A stretch of DNA of 63,198 nt, filler included, from Licmophora abbreviata (Eukaryota), in NCBI GenBank assembly GCA_900291995.1. It is 6 parts of 6 records of this genome, joined end to end, with 100 filler letters (N's around TTAATTAATTAA, not from the genome) between each part and the next. Parts side by side here need not be neighbours in the genome. Positions count along the whole stretch, not along the records: positions 1 to 22,113 come from OLMU01003301.1; positions 22,214 to 26,034 come from OLMU01003302.1; 4 more parts are not named here. One strand, 5' to 3'. Within the stretch, counting starts at the first letter, position 1. The number at the start of each line of letters is the position of its first letter. The position numbers and the translations under genes were made by a program. Below are positions 12,234-24,134 of the stretch, piece after piece. The notes beneath the pieces were generated by a model. It had not been told where the DNA came from and made no database searches. It saw nothing but the letters and a program-made list of their open reading frames with translations.

Positions 12234-12646
12234 GGTCGTCGTTGTCGTCAAAATGAGGGTTCCATCATGGACACAAGAGCCACTTGGTGTTCTTGGGTGA
12301 CGTGCCGATCGGACATGGTCTGTCCGCTGTCTCTCTATCGGCTCGTTCGACTCGACTCTAGACTCGACTCGACTCACTCGATCGGCGTACGCCTGCCATC
12401 CTCGTTTCAAAACGCGGAACATGTAGGTCACAGGGTCGGTCCCGACACGATGTGTGTCAATGGAAACACATGATTCTAGAAATACGACTGAGATTAACAC
12501 ATTTCTTTGGATTGATCGGTGGAAAAAGCGAAGGACAGTCGAGACTCGCTCATTGCCGCGATGCAGTCAACCAAAAGTACCCGGTACCTAATACTTGTTT
12601 TACGTAGGAGTACCCAACTTGTTGAGTTCCCCGTCTCCAAGCGACC

Positions 12647-13168
12647 ATGTCCGGCAAGACGCGGGGCGACGATGATCACTTCACGGCATCCGTACGCAGA
12701 GAAAGGATGAGGCGGCGGAAACGCTCAAGTCGTCGTCGAGACTGTGACACGGTGACTAGTACGGCTGCCACTGCTCGTACCGTCAAGCCGACATCCGACA
12801 CTTGTGCATCTTCGAGTGCCATGTCCGTCAAACACATACTAGGATCTTGTTGGAGCTCTCTCGAGGTATGCGGTGTTACTCTGTGCTTCCGTGAGGATAG
12901 TAGCGATGACGACAACGAATCGGTTTCGTCTCAATATGCGAACCGACTAGAACAACTGAAGATCAAGACGTTGGACGTTCACCAATTTTCCTTCTCTTCG
13001 AATTTGCACGACGGTACATTCTATGTGACGGACGAGGAAATATGGGCAACTTCATCCTTTTTTGGTGACCTTCGTTTAGATGAAACGGATGAATGTCGCA
13101 AGGACGAAGACGTCAGCAGCAAATCATCTTCGTCTATGTTTTCCAGTCCTGAGTGGATACGGTTGTAG
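12647..13168 (+). CDS. Hypothetical protein (Ser-rich, acidic)
   Basis: 173-aa ORF filling the space between two clear genes; no recognisable motif. Confidence 0.35.
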   Translation: MSGKTRGDDDHFTASVRRERMRRRKRSSRRRDCDTVTSTAATARTVKPTSDTCASSSAMSVKHILGSCWSSLEVCGVTLCFREDSSDDDNESVSSQYANRLEQLKIKTLDVHQFSFSSNLHDGTFYVTDEEIWATSSFFGDLRLDETDECRKDEDVSSKSSSSMFSSPEWIRL

Positions 13169-13333
13169 TCGTGACGACCTCAGACAATCTGAATATATGA
13201 AAGCCACAGGAAGATCACTTGATCGTATACAGGAATGCATATCCTCCCTCGATATCAAAAAGCATAGAGTTATGGCCTCGTCGGGAACATCGGGGGTTGT
13301 CTTAATCATGATCTTCACACAGACGTTGTTCGG

Positions 13334-14470
13334 TCAATAGTCACACTTTTTCCCGAAGCATTGCGTAGGCATCGAGTAGTTTAGGCTTTTCAGCCAATCT
13401 GTGTCCAACTGTCCTGTACAATTTTCTGGAAAAGAATCACCCGCCATGGCAACTTTTTGTAGTGGAAAGTCGTACGTATCAACTAGCTCCTGCCACCAGT
13501 CTCGATTCCCTGCAGACCACCCTCTTACGACACGATGGTTTCGATACTTGGGGTCTCTCGTATCGGGAAGCGCCGGATACAAACCAACGCTTCGGTTGTG
13601 AGAGGATTCCAGACGATCAATCAAACCCACTTCGTAATTTACCACGACGCATCGCTTGTAACCTTGGGCACCCATTCTTGGGTGGCATCGAAATTTTGGC
13701 TGACAAATGTTTTGTTGAAACCTCTGAATGCCTTCAGGAGTAAAAGTTCGCAAGATGCTTTCCAACCACACCGGCGTGTCGTCCCTGTAGTCATGATAGT
13801 TTAGCGAAACGACATGCAGACTGACATTTCGGTGCGATTGCAGATAGTCTAGCGTGTCCATGGTCCGATTGATCGCTAATGTTCGGATAGCATGTACCGA
13901 GTCATTGATGAGCGTGACAGAGTCGGCCTTGGACGTACTATTTCCGTACTCCTCCAAAGCAGCGCACCAGAGACCTACATCATATCGTAAATTTTCGGAC
14001 AGAAATGCTGTGTCAACACGGATCTGCCGCGGCATCAGCATATGACGAGCCCTCTCGACGATAGGTTCGATCAGTGCATCTCGTGCCCATGAGGGAGCTG
14101 CAATAACGACATGCTTAATGCCAGGCGTCAGGCACTCCAGCTGGGACCATAGCGCAGCCATGTGTTGTGGTCCACGCGGTACGGCGGCAAGGATAAGCAT
14201 GTTGCTCTCACCAGGCGACGACGACAAATCAGCAGCATTGTCAAGCGATGTACTTGAATTGGGAAAAGGTTCCCCAAACCATTGATTTGAGTCTTGGCTA
14301 ACATAACCTAGACTTGTGAGCATGAGAAAGCATATGTACGATACTGCGACTGGGCCAAAGAGTATGCGCAATGACCGCAAGCAGCGGCGCTGAGGCATTG
14401 CGAAAATAAACAACGAGCAGACGAGCGCGGGGCCAATGAACAGAGAGTGGCTCGGGATCGTTGAACTCAT
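13334..14470 (-). CDS. Type II membrane glycosyltransferase-like protein, rhamnan synthesis F (RgpF)-like
   Basis: N-terminal TM segment; ENLRYDVGLW..DSVTLINDSV..WLESILRTF..YEVGL resemble the RgpF pattern NxGYDxGxW / LxNDS / ESYF / E. Confidence 0.55.
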   Translation of the reverse strand: MSSTIPSHSLFIGPALVCSLFIFAMPQRRCLRSLRILFGPVAVSYICFLMLTSLGYVSQDSNQWFGEPFPNSSTSLDNAADLSSSPGESNMLILAAVPRGPQHMAALWSQLECLTPGIKHVVIAAPSWARDALIEPIVERARHMLMPRQIRVDTAFLSENLRYDVGLWCAALEEYGNSTSKADSVTLINDSVHAIRTLAINRTMDTLDYLQSHRNVSLHVVSLNYHDYRDDTPVWLESILRTFTPEGIQRFQQNICQPKFRCHPRMGAQGYKRCVVVNYEVGLIDRLESSHNRSVGLYPALPDTRDPKYRNHRVVRGWSAGNRDWWQELVDTYDFPLQKVAMAGDSFPENCTGQLDTDWLKSLNYSMPTQCFGKKCDY

Positions 14471-15230
14471 CGCGCTGAGGGGTCCCTTTTATCTTTGAGG
14501 AAGTCTACAATGTAGAGTAGGCAGGCACCAGCAGGTTCTTTAGGCGACAATGTAGCTGCCAGAGAGCAGAGCAATTTGATCCTTCTCGTGGTCTATATGT
14601 AATCATTGGATTTGTCTTCACTAGGCGGCAAGAACAAGACCGACACAGCCTTCCTGATCTGTCATGCTTCGTTCAGATTTATGACCCAGAAGCCTCGCGC
14701 GCGCGATGAATTTGTTGGAACTCGTACTACGAAAAAGTTTTGTGTTGTGTGTTTTCAGTTTTCACACGTTTCATCATCACACCATCCTATCATGCACTTG
14801 ACCTGTAACTTTCTGTCGCTCTCGTGCTGCCAGCTTGACGTAAAGAATACTTGGACACTGCCATCGGCTTGATGGGGGCGTTCCATCTCCAAGAAGTATA
14901 GGTAACTATGAAAAGTCGCTTACGACGACGACTAGCTGACTGTAGTCGAGTGAGTCGAGTCGTTTCTCAACCCGGATGTTAGGAATTTAGAATCTTCGAA
15001 TCGTGGGTAATGCGTCCGTGCTGTGTCCGAGCCGGGAACCTGTTCGAGGCTTCTTCGCCGACCGTTTCGCCGAGCGGATCAGCGCGCGCCGTCTGTGTGA
15101 GTGATGACGGCGGCCAGGAGCACATGAATGTGCTCCTGACGGCGGCGATGAATCTTTCAATATCTTTTCGACCACAAATCAAACATCAGCCATTCCTTCA
15201 CGAGCAGTCAGTCAGCTGTCACGGCAATTG

Positions 15231-17680
15231 ATGCACAGGCTTTCTTCCTGTCGATCGCTTGGTTTAGTATTACATCGCCGTCCCGCAGTCTGCTTGCAGC
15301 CTGTATCGACTCGTCTTCTTCCAGACTACGAGTACTTTCGTTCTTGCTCTGTCGTTTCGAATCTAGTAGCTTCTACTAGTACCACCACGAAATTTCACTC
15401 TACCATGACGAACACAGCCTACAGCGGTCCTGATCTCGAACTCAAATGCATCAACACCATTCGAGCCGTCAGCGCCGATCAGCCCGAAGCTGCCAATTCC
15501 GGTCACCCCGGAGCCCCCATGGGCTGCGCACCGCTTGCCCACTTGCTGTGGAATGAAGTTATGACATACGCTCCCTCCGATCCCTCCTGGATCAATCGCG
15601 ATCGTTTCGTTCTCAGTAACGGACACGCTTGTGCGTTACAGTACACCATGCTGCATCTGGCGGGATACAATCTCAGTGTCACGGATCTCTCCAAGTTTCG
15701 TACTCTAGGGAGCAAGACTCCAGGACACCCAGAGTCGTTTGTGACGGATGGTGAGTACAGCTCTCGTATTTTCTTCAATGGAGCGAACCACATTGAGGAC
15801 AGCGACCTTACCATTTCTCTTACACATTGCATGTACTCACAGGAGTCGAAGTCTGTACCGGGCCTTTGGGACAGGGCATTTCGAATGCCGTCGGCCTCGC
15901 AATTGCCGAAAAGCACTTTGCCGCCACCGTCAATACACCCGAGTACCCCGTCTTTGATCATTTCACCTATGTCATTTGCGGGGACGGTTGTCTGCAGGAG
16001 GGCGTCTCATCAGAGGCTTCGTCCTTGGCAGGTCACTTGGGACTTGGAAAGCTGATCGTCTTGTATGATGATAACAAGATTACCATTGATGGAGATACCC
16101 AGTTGAGCTTCACCGAGGATGTCGGCAAGAGGTACGAGGCGTACGGATGGCATGTTCAGACTGTCGGCGATGTGGCGGATGGTATTTCCGATCTGCGTGA
16201 GGCAGTCAGGTAGCTCAGAGCGTCACGGACAAGCCTTCCATTATCAAGGTTCGCACTGTCATTGGGTATGGATCTCCAGGCAAGGCTGGGACGAAAGGAG
16301 TCCATGGAGCTCCGTTGGGTGCAACGGACATGGCGGGAGCCAAGGTACTGTATATCTTTGCCGTGCTGTGCAGTCGGCTATGCACTGAGAAGGGCAACTT
16401 ACTCAGCAAGCTCACACTTTTACAATATTTTGCTATTCCTACCCCAGGCCGCCTTTGGTATGGACCCGGCCAAGTCCTTCCAGATTGACGACGACGTCCG
16501 TGAAGCATACGCCAAGAGTACTGCGGCGGGAGAGGCCAAAATGACGGCGTGGTCCTCCATGTTTGACAAGTTCGCAGCGGCGCATCCCGACAAGGCCACC
16601 GAGTTGAAGCGTCGGTTCGCCTATGAACTTCCCAGCGATCTCTTGGACAACCTTCCAAAGTTTGAATACGGCAAAGACAAAGACCAGGCGACGCGCAAGT
16701 TCAGTCAAGCGAGTCTCAACTCTGTGGCATCGATGCTTCCGGAAATGATGGGTGGAAGTGCGGACTTGACTCCGTCCAACTTAACGGCGCTCGAGGGGTC
16801 GGGTGACTTTCAGAAGGATACACCAGAAGGACGCTACATTCGTTTCGGGGTTCGCGAACACGGCATGACGGCCGTTTGCAACGGCCTCTTTGCGTACGGT
16901 GGAACCCGTCCATTCTGTGCTACCTTTCTCGTCTTTGTGGGCTACGCAATGGGTGGCATACGCCTCGCTGCGCTTTCTAGGTTTGGTATTATCTACGTCA
17001 TGACGCATGACTCGATTGGTCTTGGAGAGGACGGGCCGACGCACCAGCCTATTGAGACGTTGGAGAGTCTCCGTGCCATCCCCAACCTGAATGTGTTTCG
17101 CCCTGCCGACTCAAATGAAACGGCCGCGTCGTATGCCATGGCCTTGAAGAAACACCAGACACCGTCTGTCATCTGTTGCTCTCGAAGCGCGGTTCCGGCA
17201 CTGGAGAAATCCACCCTGGAAAGGGCCATGAAGGGAGCGTATGCTGCTGTGGAGGCCGACAGTCCTGCGCTTATCTTGGTTTCGACAGGATCCGAAGTCG
17301 GAAATTGCGTTACTGCTGCCAAGCAGTTGACTGAGGCAGGCATTGCTACGCGTGTCGTCTCCATGCCCTGCCAGGAACTCTTCTTGGAACAGCCCGAGTC
17401 GTACCAGCGATCAGTGTTGCCCGGAAACGTGCCGACCTTGTCCGTGGAAGCTGCCGGACCAAACGGATGGCATCGATTTAGTCATGCGCAGATTGCCATG
17501 CTACGTTTCGGTGCGTCTGGAAAGGGCAGCGACTTGTTCGAGGCGTTCGGCTTTAGTGTCGAAAATATTGTCAGCAAGGGCAAGGATCTCGTTGAGTTCT
17601 ACAAGGGCTCGGGAAGTATCCCCGACCTCATGAATCGTCCCGTGTTTGACAACATTATCAAGCCGGAGCTGCTTCACTAG
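15231..17680 (+). CDS. TKL: Transketolase, 3 exons (15231 or 15405-15750, 15843-16344, 16448-17680); apparent 1-nt frameshift at about 16208
   Basis: [39 protein letters not shown] (ThDP motif), [21 protein letters not shown]. Confidence 0.96.
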
Positions 17681-17892
17681 CTAGATGGCATGACTGATGT
17701 GGTTCCGCGCTGGGACGATGGGAGACAGTTAGTAGTATTTGTGAGACATACGTAGTGAAGGCCTACTAGAAAGAGGATCCTTGTCATACGAGATGGAGCT
17801 TCACTAATGAGAATTATGAGTTATTCTTTGAGTAGATACAATCGACTTTTTTATTCGTGTGGCAGGTTTTTGTTCGTCGTTGACATGACCGC

Positions 17893-19383
17893 TTAGTCAT
17901 CCGACGGTTCCACTTGCTGGTCGTCCGACAGTTCCACTTGCTGTTCAAGGAGCGGCTGCTCCAGCCCTCTCGCCTCCGACAAGGTGTCGTCGGCGGCTGC
18001 GTCGTCGTCTTGCCGTCTTGGCCGTTGCCATCGACGCTGCCACCATCGAGCCTCAGTGCTGGAAAAGAGAAATGAAAATAAGGACGATCCGCGGTGCTCT
18101 GAGTCGTCGTCAGTGATGGATCCATTCTCCAATTCAACGTAGTCGCTCCCACTCTCACTCTCGTTTTCTTCCACTAGCAAGTCTGTCTTGCACAGGGGAC
18201 ATGTCGACGATCGCTCCGTGAGCCACTTGGCAACGCATTTACTGTGAAAGGTGTGTTCGCACGGCAAACAATTGCACCGATCTCGAGGCGCATACTCATC
18301 GAGACAAATTGAGCATACTTCTCCAGTCAGCGATGCTTGCAAAAAGGACGAGGAACCATGCTCTTCGTCCCCCACCAGTGTCTCGCCCGTGTAGATAAGT
18401 TCCGGTAACATTTCGCGAACTTGCTCCATGGTCAGTCGGCGACGGACTTCTCTTGGGGGTCCATGTTCGGTCTCTTCCGACAGCACGAATCCTCGTTGAG
18501 CTTGGATCGATAAGACAAACGACAAGAGACATCCCAGCATCATGACGGAAATCCCCACCCACATCATGGCGCGACGGAACTCTTGCCTGTGAGTGCTACT
18601 ACGACCGTCCAGAATAATTCTCGGACCACCTCCGCCGACGCGATCAAGTGTCGCAACGGATCGTCGGAGCTCTGCAAGTGATGAGATGGTACGAAAGTAG
18701 GGTGACCGAGCGAATGAGAATCCGTGCAGATACACAAGGAAACGATAGGCGCACAAGAGTTTAAAACTCACCATTCCCTGACACTTCACTGACATGAAGT
18801 ACTCCGACTGTCACGCTGGTGTCTCGTCGGTCGTCGTCGCTGCGATGGTGTCGTTTTCGCGTGCCGAGAAGCGAAGTGTCAATCTCATCATACCAGTCCT
18901 TGGTAGGATGCATTTCGTCGCTGACGATAAGGTAACGCACAAGATGGGGAGGATGAATGTTGTGCGAGGCGAGTTTGGCCTTGGCGTCAGTAGAACAGCG
19001 TCCGGATCTTACAAGGAGCGCGACTGTGAGTGAAAGAGTGGAGTAACAAGAGGTAAGCAAGAGAAGAGCGATCACACAAAAGCGCATGTTCGTCCCCAGT
19101 CCTTCTCGTTTCTCTACTCACCTGGTAGCCCATCGGAAGGGATATCTATCGTGATATTCAAAGGCGGACCGGGCGTGAGTCGAGGGCAGAGATGAGGGCT
19201 CTCGGTCAAATACTGCAGTCTTGCCATGTACTCGTAGCCGTCGACAAAGTGATTTCCCACGAAATGATCAGGACGCGACGAGATCCTTCGGCCAGTCTCA
19301 GTCACAGTGATGGTGGCATCCCCACTGATCACAAAGAGGAACAAGGCCATGAAAATCCGAGAAAGAGAGAACTGACTGATCAT
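17893..19383 (-). CDS. PA-TM-RING-H2 E3 ubiquitin ligase (RNF13/RMR-like), 3 exons (19383-19122, 19023-18772, 18671-17893)
   Basis: Signal peptide; PA-like VALLVRSGRCSTDAKA; TM segment MMWVGISVMMLGCLLSFVL; RING-H2 CSICLDEY..LPCEHTFHSKCVAKWL..CPLCK. Confidence 0.88.
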
Positions 19384-21028
19384 GGTGAGGTGTAACAGTA
19401 TTCCCCCACGGGCAAGAGGAAGTATGAGCTACAGCTACTGCAGTCCGAATTTCTCGTTTCTTTCGTTTCGCGACTTGTTTCGATTCTCCGAAACGTCCCA
19501 CTGATACTCCTTAGTACAAAGGTCTGTCTGAGTATACAGGAGGTGCACTAGAAAGCGGGGCGGAGCTTCACAGTCGTCGTCAAAGGAGAGGACACTCGTG
19601 AATCCCGCTGCGATGTTCTGTTGGCCGTGTTTTGAGGCGCCGGCCCCGCTGTCGAAAACGAATACTCGTGCGTGACTCGTTCCTGAGTCGTCGGAAGCAA
19701 GCCGTGCGCCCAGCCAGACAAGTGCAGAGATTATTCAGAACGCTGGAAAGTGGAAGAACTCTTGACATTTATCACTTGAAACATGACACTGTTCTCTATG
19801 ACATTTCTGTCGTGACTGTGATCCAATCAGCAATGCCTGAGCTGGCCTGAGCCTCACGATTCTCATATGGTTGACATCAAGACTTCAAAGACATCACAAC
19901 AAGCTTGACACGTGCCATCAATTTCGGCCCAAGGAGAGTGACTACCCACAGCATCGTCCATCATCAAGGCAATCAAAGAATCACAATGGAGTGCGCCTCA
20001 GAACAGAAGAGTCGTAAGTGCCTGTAGGAGTGTCGAGAGCGGCGAACGAAACTGCTGATGGTCGCATCGTCGTCTCACATTTTCGTTCTTGGTCGAATCT
20101 CCTCTTCTGACGCCAGATTCCCTCCCGTCCCACGCTACCAAAGACGCTGCTTCCAGTACTTGCAAGAAGCGAGGATTCTTCGCATTGCGTCAAACGATGC
20201 CGCGCCTTGGTCGGTCAACGACCCGATGAACATCAGGAATACATCAAAAATCCGCTCGGCATGAAGCACGTGGACAGTCTTCATTGTCTTCACCAACACC
20301 ACGCGCACGAAGTACATGGATCATGATGCATAAGCGAGGCTTGTATGGAGTAGTCTAGTGCATGTTTGTAAGAAAGTACTTTGTGAAACAATGCCAAGGA
20401 GGACGGTAGGGTATAGAGATACGTGTTCGCCGAACCAACTCAAGCACGAATGACGATTGGCACACGGAGCGCTTTGTGCGGCTGTGTGTGCCAGCGTCCA
20501 TGACTGATTGGTGGCGAACTTTATAACATTGAAGGATAATCTTGTGTACTAGTATAGTAAGAAGAAACAGTCGAGTTTAATACTACCTCTAGTAGCGTAC
20601 GAGTATATGTGTTGGTGCCGAGACTCGTTTTTCATTCGAACACTAGATGGCTCATACGGAAGTATGTACGGAAGGTCATCACGGACAATGACAATCGATG
20701 TCAGTCATTTCGAGATTTACTACTCATCTGTCTGTGTAACCACCTTCTTCTTTCCCTTCGGCACACTTCGCGCCGCCTTCCCTCCCTCTCTCTCTCTCTC
20801 TCCGTTAGGTACAATTACAGCTAAAAGGCAGCCGAGTCAGTCTGGCGCACTGCTCGACCCTTGAGCTAGGAGCAATGACGAGCCTTTGGAGACGAACAAA
20901 TTGAGACATGGCGCTCTTCTTATCATCGTCACGGGGGACTTCACCACAGACGTCACTACATTATTGATCCTTTCCCCTTGTTCTACTTCTAACTACCGGT
21001 ACTTGCACCTCGGAGGGAACGCTTCGGA

Positions 21029-21835
21029 TTAACTTGCGGGCTGTTCCTCGTTGACATCTCCTTCCTGTGCCACAAAGGGTTCCTCGCCCTCCTCCTCGTC
21101 ACCAAGTGGCTTGTCGTCGTCCACGGCATCCTCGTCTGCATCGTATCCGAACTCTTCCGGGGAACCAGTACAGAAGAACGGAACTGTAGCAGCCAAGAGC
21201 CAAAAGCACGTCGCGAGGATCCCCATGATCGAATTATGTCCCAAGTCACAAGACCTCTGCGTTGTAATGGCAATATCGCTCGGAATTTCCTCAAACAATG
21301 GATTTTTGGTCGCGTCGCAGGCGTCGCTCTTGAAGAACAAAAAGACCAGTCCCTGGCACAGGCAAACGAACAAGAACGAGACTCCAAGAGACTTTCCCCA
21401 CAGCTCGGGCCCGAAGCACGTTAGCAATCCAAGAATTCCACCAAGACACGGTGCGATAATACTGAACGCTTGCGCCGCTTTCCAGTAGGCATCGGTATCA
21501 ACACTATCGGGATAGCCCTCACAGGTATCGACTTTCCACAACTGGTTGGATCCATCGATAATAATGGCAAACGACTGATAGCGCCAAAGCCCAAATGAGA
21601 CATCGCGACCGCCGACTAGCGTAAAGGTAGCAAACTCACACCATGAGATAGTAAAGAGACTGAAAAAGAAGGCAAAAGCCAAGAATACGGCGGTGCCGCA
21701 TGTGGCGCCAACGCGAGAGGTACTGGGAAGACGAGCAAATAGGAATGTGTACAGAAAAAAGAATGAATTTCAGCCAGCCAATGTCATTAAGAAAACGACG
21801 CAGCACTTCAAAGTGACTTACGAATCCCAGCGCAT
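21029..21835 (-). CDS. Four-TM claudin-like membrane protein with acidic tail, 2 exons (21835-21822, 21722-21029)
   Basis: 14-nt first exon (MRWDS) and GT-AG intron; four hydrophobic helices; FGLWRY motif and Cys pairs in the loops. Confidence 0.7.
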
Positions 21836-22113
21836 GTCTTCTGTTGGCTGCGACTGTAGTCTGTGGTCTCGATATGAAGACGGACGTGGGGTGTCACACC
21901 GCTCGCCACATCGATCTGTGTGGCTTCGCATCTCTTGCCGATTGATTGGGCCTTTTGATGTTTCCTAAAAATGTCTTAATTATTTAAAAGATCTGTGTCA
22001 CTGTGACGTGTTGTGAGCTCTCGCGACACGCCGCCTCGATTGTTCCGGAAGTTTCGATGACAATGGCATCTCGCTGCTTTGAAACGTTAACGCTCGTTTT
22101 TCTTCCTCTGACT

Positions 22114-22213
22114 NNNNNNNNNNNNNNNNNNNNNNNNNNNNNNNNNNNNNNNNNNNNTTAATTAATTAANNNNNNNNNNNNNNNNNNNNNNNNNNNNNNN
22201 NNNNNNNNNNNNN
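22114..22213. other. Assembly gap linker N44-TTAATTAATTAA-N44
   Basis: Exact 100-nt pattern with a six-frame stop linker, repeated five times in the window. Confidence 0.98.
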
Positions 22214-22422
22214 AAACTGGTGATCTTCCATGTATCGTCGAAAACGAGACTTGAGAACGAATAAATCACAACGCTCGCAGCACCGCCTGCGAATCTCTGC
22301 TGACTGTCCTCCCGTCTTTCGCAACGCACACAGCCAAGTCGTCTGAGACTTCTCCGTCATTTAACAAGAAAAATAGGTTTATCCGTCGAGCATCCACCGA
22401 AGATAGTGCGTCGGACGAAATC

Positions 22423-22893
22423 ATGGGCACCAGAACAGCGTCGTCGTCTTATACGAGTAGTACTTCGTCTACCAAGTCCATGTTTCGCAAGCTGCGTCCC
22501 CTCTCCAGACCCAACAAGATTCGTGCCAGGACGACGGGAACTCTCGACCCATTGGCCAACCGGCAGGTTGGCAGTGTCGAGTTTCTGCACGACAAAGGAT
22601 GGGATTCGGGGGACTTTGTGCCGCGACAAGCGCACCCGTTATTGGCGGCGGAGGAACACGACGTGCCAGCAACGGATGTCGTTCGTACTATTGGTGAAGA
22701 GATTGGGGACGACAGACAGGAGGAGCACCAGCAAAAACAAGGGGCAGAGGTATTCGATGCACCGGAGGCTTCAGTAGAACCACCTACGAAAAACAGTTGT
22801 CGCAAGTTGCGTCCTCTTGGTCGGGCCAGTGGACGTGCCAAGACCACGGGGAGCATGGAGACTGCTAATGATCGTAGCGGCGGTGTCAAATAG
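22423..22893 (+). CDS. Hypothetical protein with an internal duplicated motif
   Basis: 156-aa ORF containing RKLRPLSRPNKIRARTTGTLD and RKLRPLGRASGRAKTTGSME. Confidence 0.4.
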   Translation: MGTRTASSSYTSSTSSTKSMFRKLRPLSRPNKIRARTTGTLDPLANRQVGSVEFLHDKGWDSGDFVPRQAHPLLAAEEHDVPATDVVRTIGEEIGDDRQEEHQQKQGAEVFDAPEASVEPPTKNSCRKLRPLGRASGRAKTTGSMETANDRSGGVK

Positions 22894-23321
22894 GCAGAAT
22901 TGTCAGATTGGTAGAGTGTGGTAGAGTTTCTGCAAGATTAGAGTTTCGACTTTCTTTGATTGTGGAGGGGAAGATGACAAATTTAATGTATGTTGGATGC
23001 GGTGTAAGCTAAACGTACCAGTGCAAACAGGTGCCGCTATACAATCCAAAATTTTGGAAGTCTTGAGACAAGTCTTTTTGCGTTTTGATAGTAGCGCATT
23101 ATTTTTATTCGATTCATTCCCTTGTACGGTAATTCTTGTTTGAAACGCAGGAATTGTCAATGGTTGCGACAGGATACCGTGGCTCTGTATCATCTACACT
23201 CTACGTTGTCTCTAGAGAGTCGTTTCTTGTCGGCATGTAGAATCTGCCACGAAAACTCGAGCGGACAGTGGCACTCTAACGATTTGGTTCGGCGATCTCC
23301 GGAACCGAGTCAAGTCTCTCT

Positions 23322-23915
23322 TTAGAGTTGAAATTTGGTTCCTATTCGTGTCAGTACGGCTCGCTCGAGAGACGACATGGCGACTTCCTCCTCGGTAAGT
23401 TTGTACCATTGACAGACGCGAGCGACCTGTAACGGCGATGTAAGCTGTTTCGTCAGAAACGAATCAATTGGTTGTGGTGGCGGCAATTCAAAGTCTTCAA
23501 GTTTCCGTTGATAGATGTCGACGGAGGAAGTGCTAACTTGAAAAACGAAGATTGAGACTGTTTCATGGCGTCTGCTTACGTCCTGCGATTCCAAACAATA
23601 CTCTGCCGAGGTTTTCGCAAAGTTCGTAGTCCCTGCAGCGCAGTGCGAGACGTCAAATGCAAGACGAGTAAAGTTTTTCTTCTGTTTGAGTCGGAGGACT
23701 GCGATGTTGGCAGCGGCGACCAGTTGCGATACTGAAACGACACGTTCGGCGTCCATGAGCGCCATATCGTCCGTCTCCAGGAAGTCGCTATAGAGCTTGC
23801 CGCCGACCTCCCTAGTGAGGTCTTCGTGCAGTGACAAATGCAAAGCCATACCAGGTTGCAGTGCCAAGGGGAAGGACTGGATGTGGGAGGAAGCAGTGGT
23901 AGAGGTCTCGCCCAT
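23322..23915 (-). CDS. CGI121: KEOPS/EKC complex subunit CGI-121 (TPRKB)
   Basis: MDAERVVSVSQLVAAANIA and C-terminal WYKLTEEEV..SLERAVLTRIGTK match the Cgi121 pattern; M at 23915. Confidence 0.75.
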   Translation of the reverse strand: MGETSTTASSHIQSFPLALQPGMALHLSLHEDLTREVGGKLYSDFLETDDMALMDAERVVSVSQLVAAANIAVLRLKQKKNFTRLAFDVSHCAAGTTNFAKTSAEYCLESQDVSRRHETVSIFVFQVSTSSVDIYQRKLEDFELPPPQPIDSFLTKQLTSPLQVARVCQWYKLTEEEVAMSSLERAVLTRIGTKFQL

Positions 23916-24134
23916 GGTCGCTACATGATTCTCATTGTGGCACGTGAAGTATAGTGTCGAAAAAGTACATGAAAAAGTAGTCTGACGGCCAGACGGAGCG
24001 TGTGAGACACCGCGGAGAGTTTGCAAGTTTCAGTGGTACGTGCACCAGATATTTCGCCTACCTGTTCTCTTAGTCTAGCACACTCTTCTCTCCCTTCTGC
24101 ACTACGGCTAGTAATTTCTTTAAGGTCTCGCTAG

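Noticed and set aside
19875..20330. Possible small spliced His-rich gene (ATG 19986, GTAAGT donor about 20012)
   Set aside because: Acceptor choice is ambiguous, the product is short and there is no homology cue.
22158..22169. TTAATTAATTAA as a biological repeat or piggyBac TTAA target site
   Set aside because: Always centred in exactly 44+44 Ns, so it is an artificial linker.
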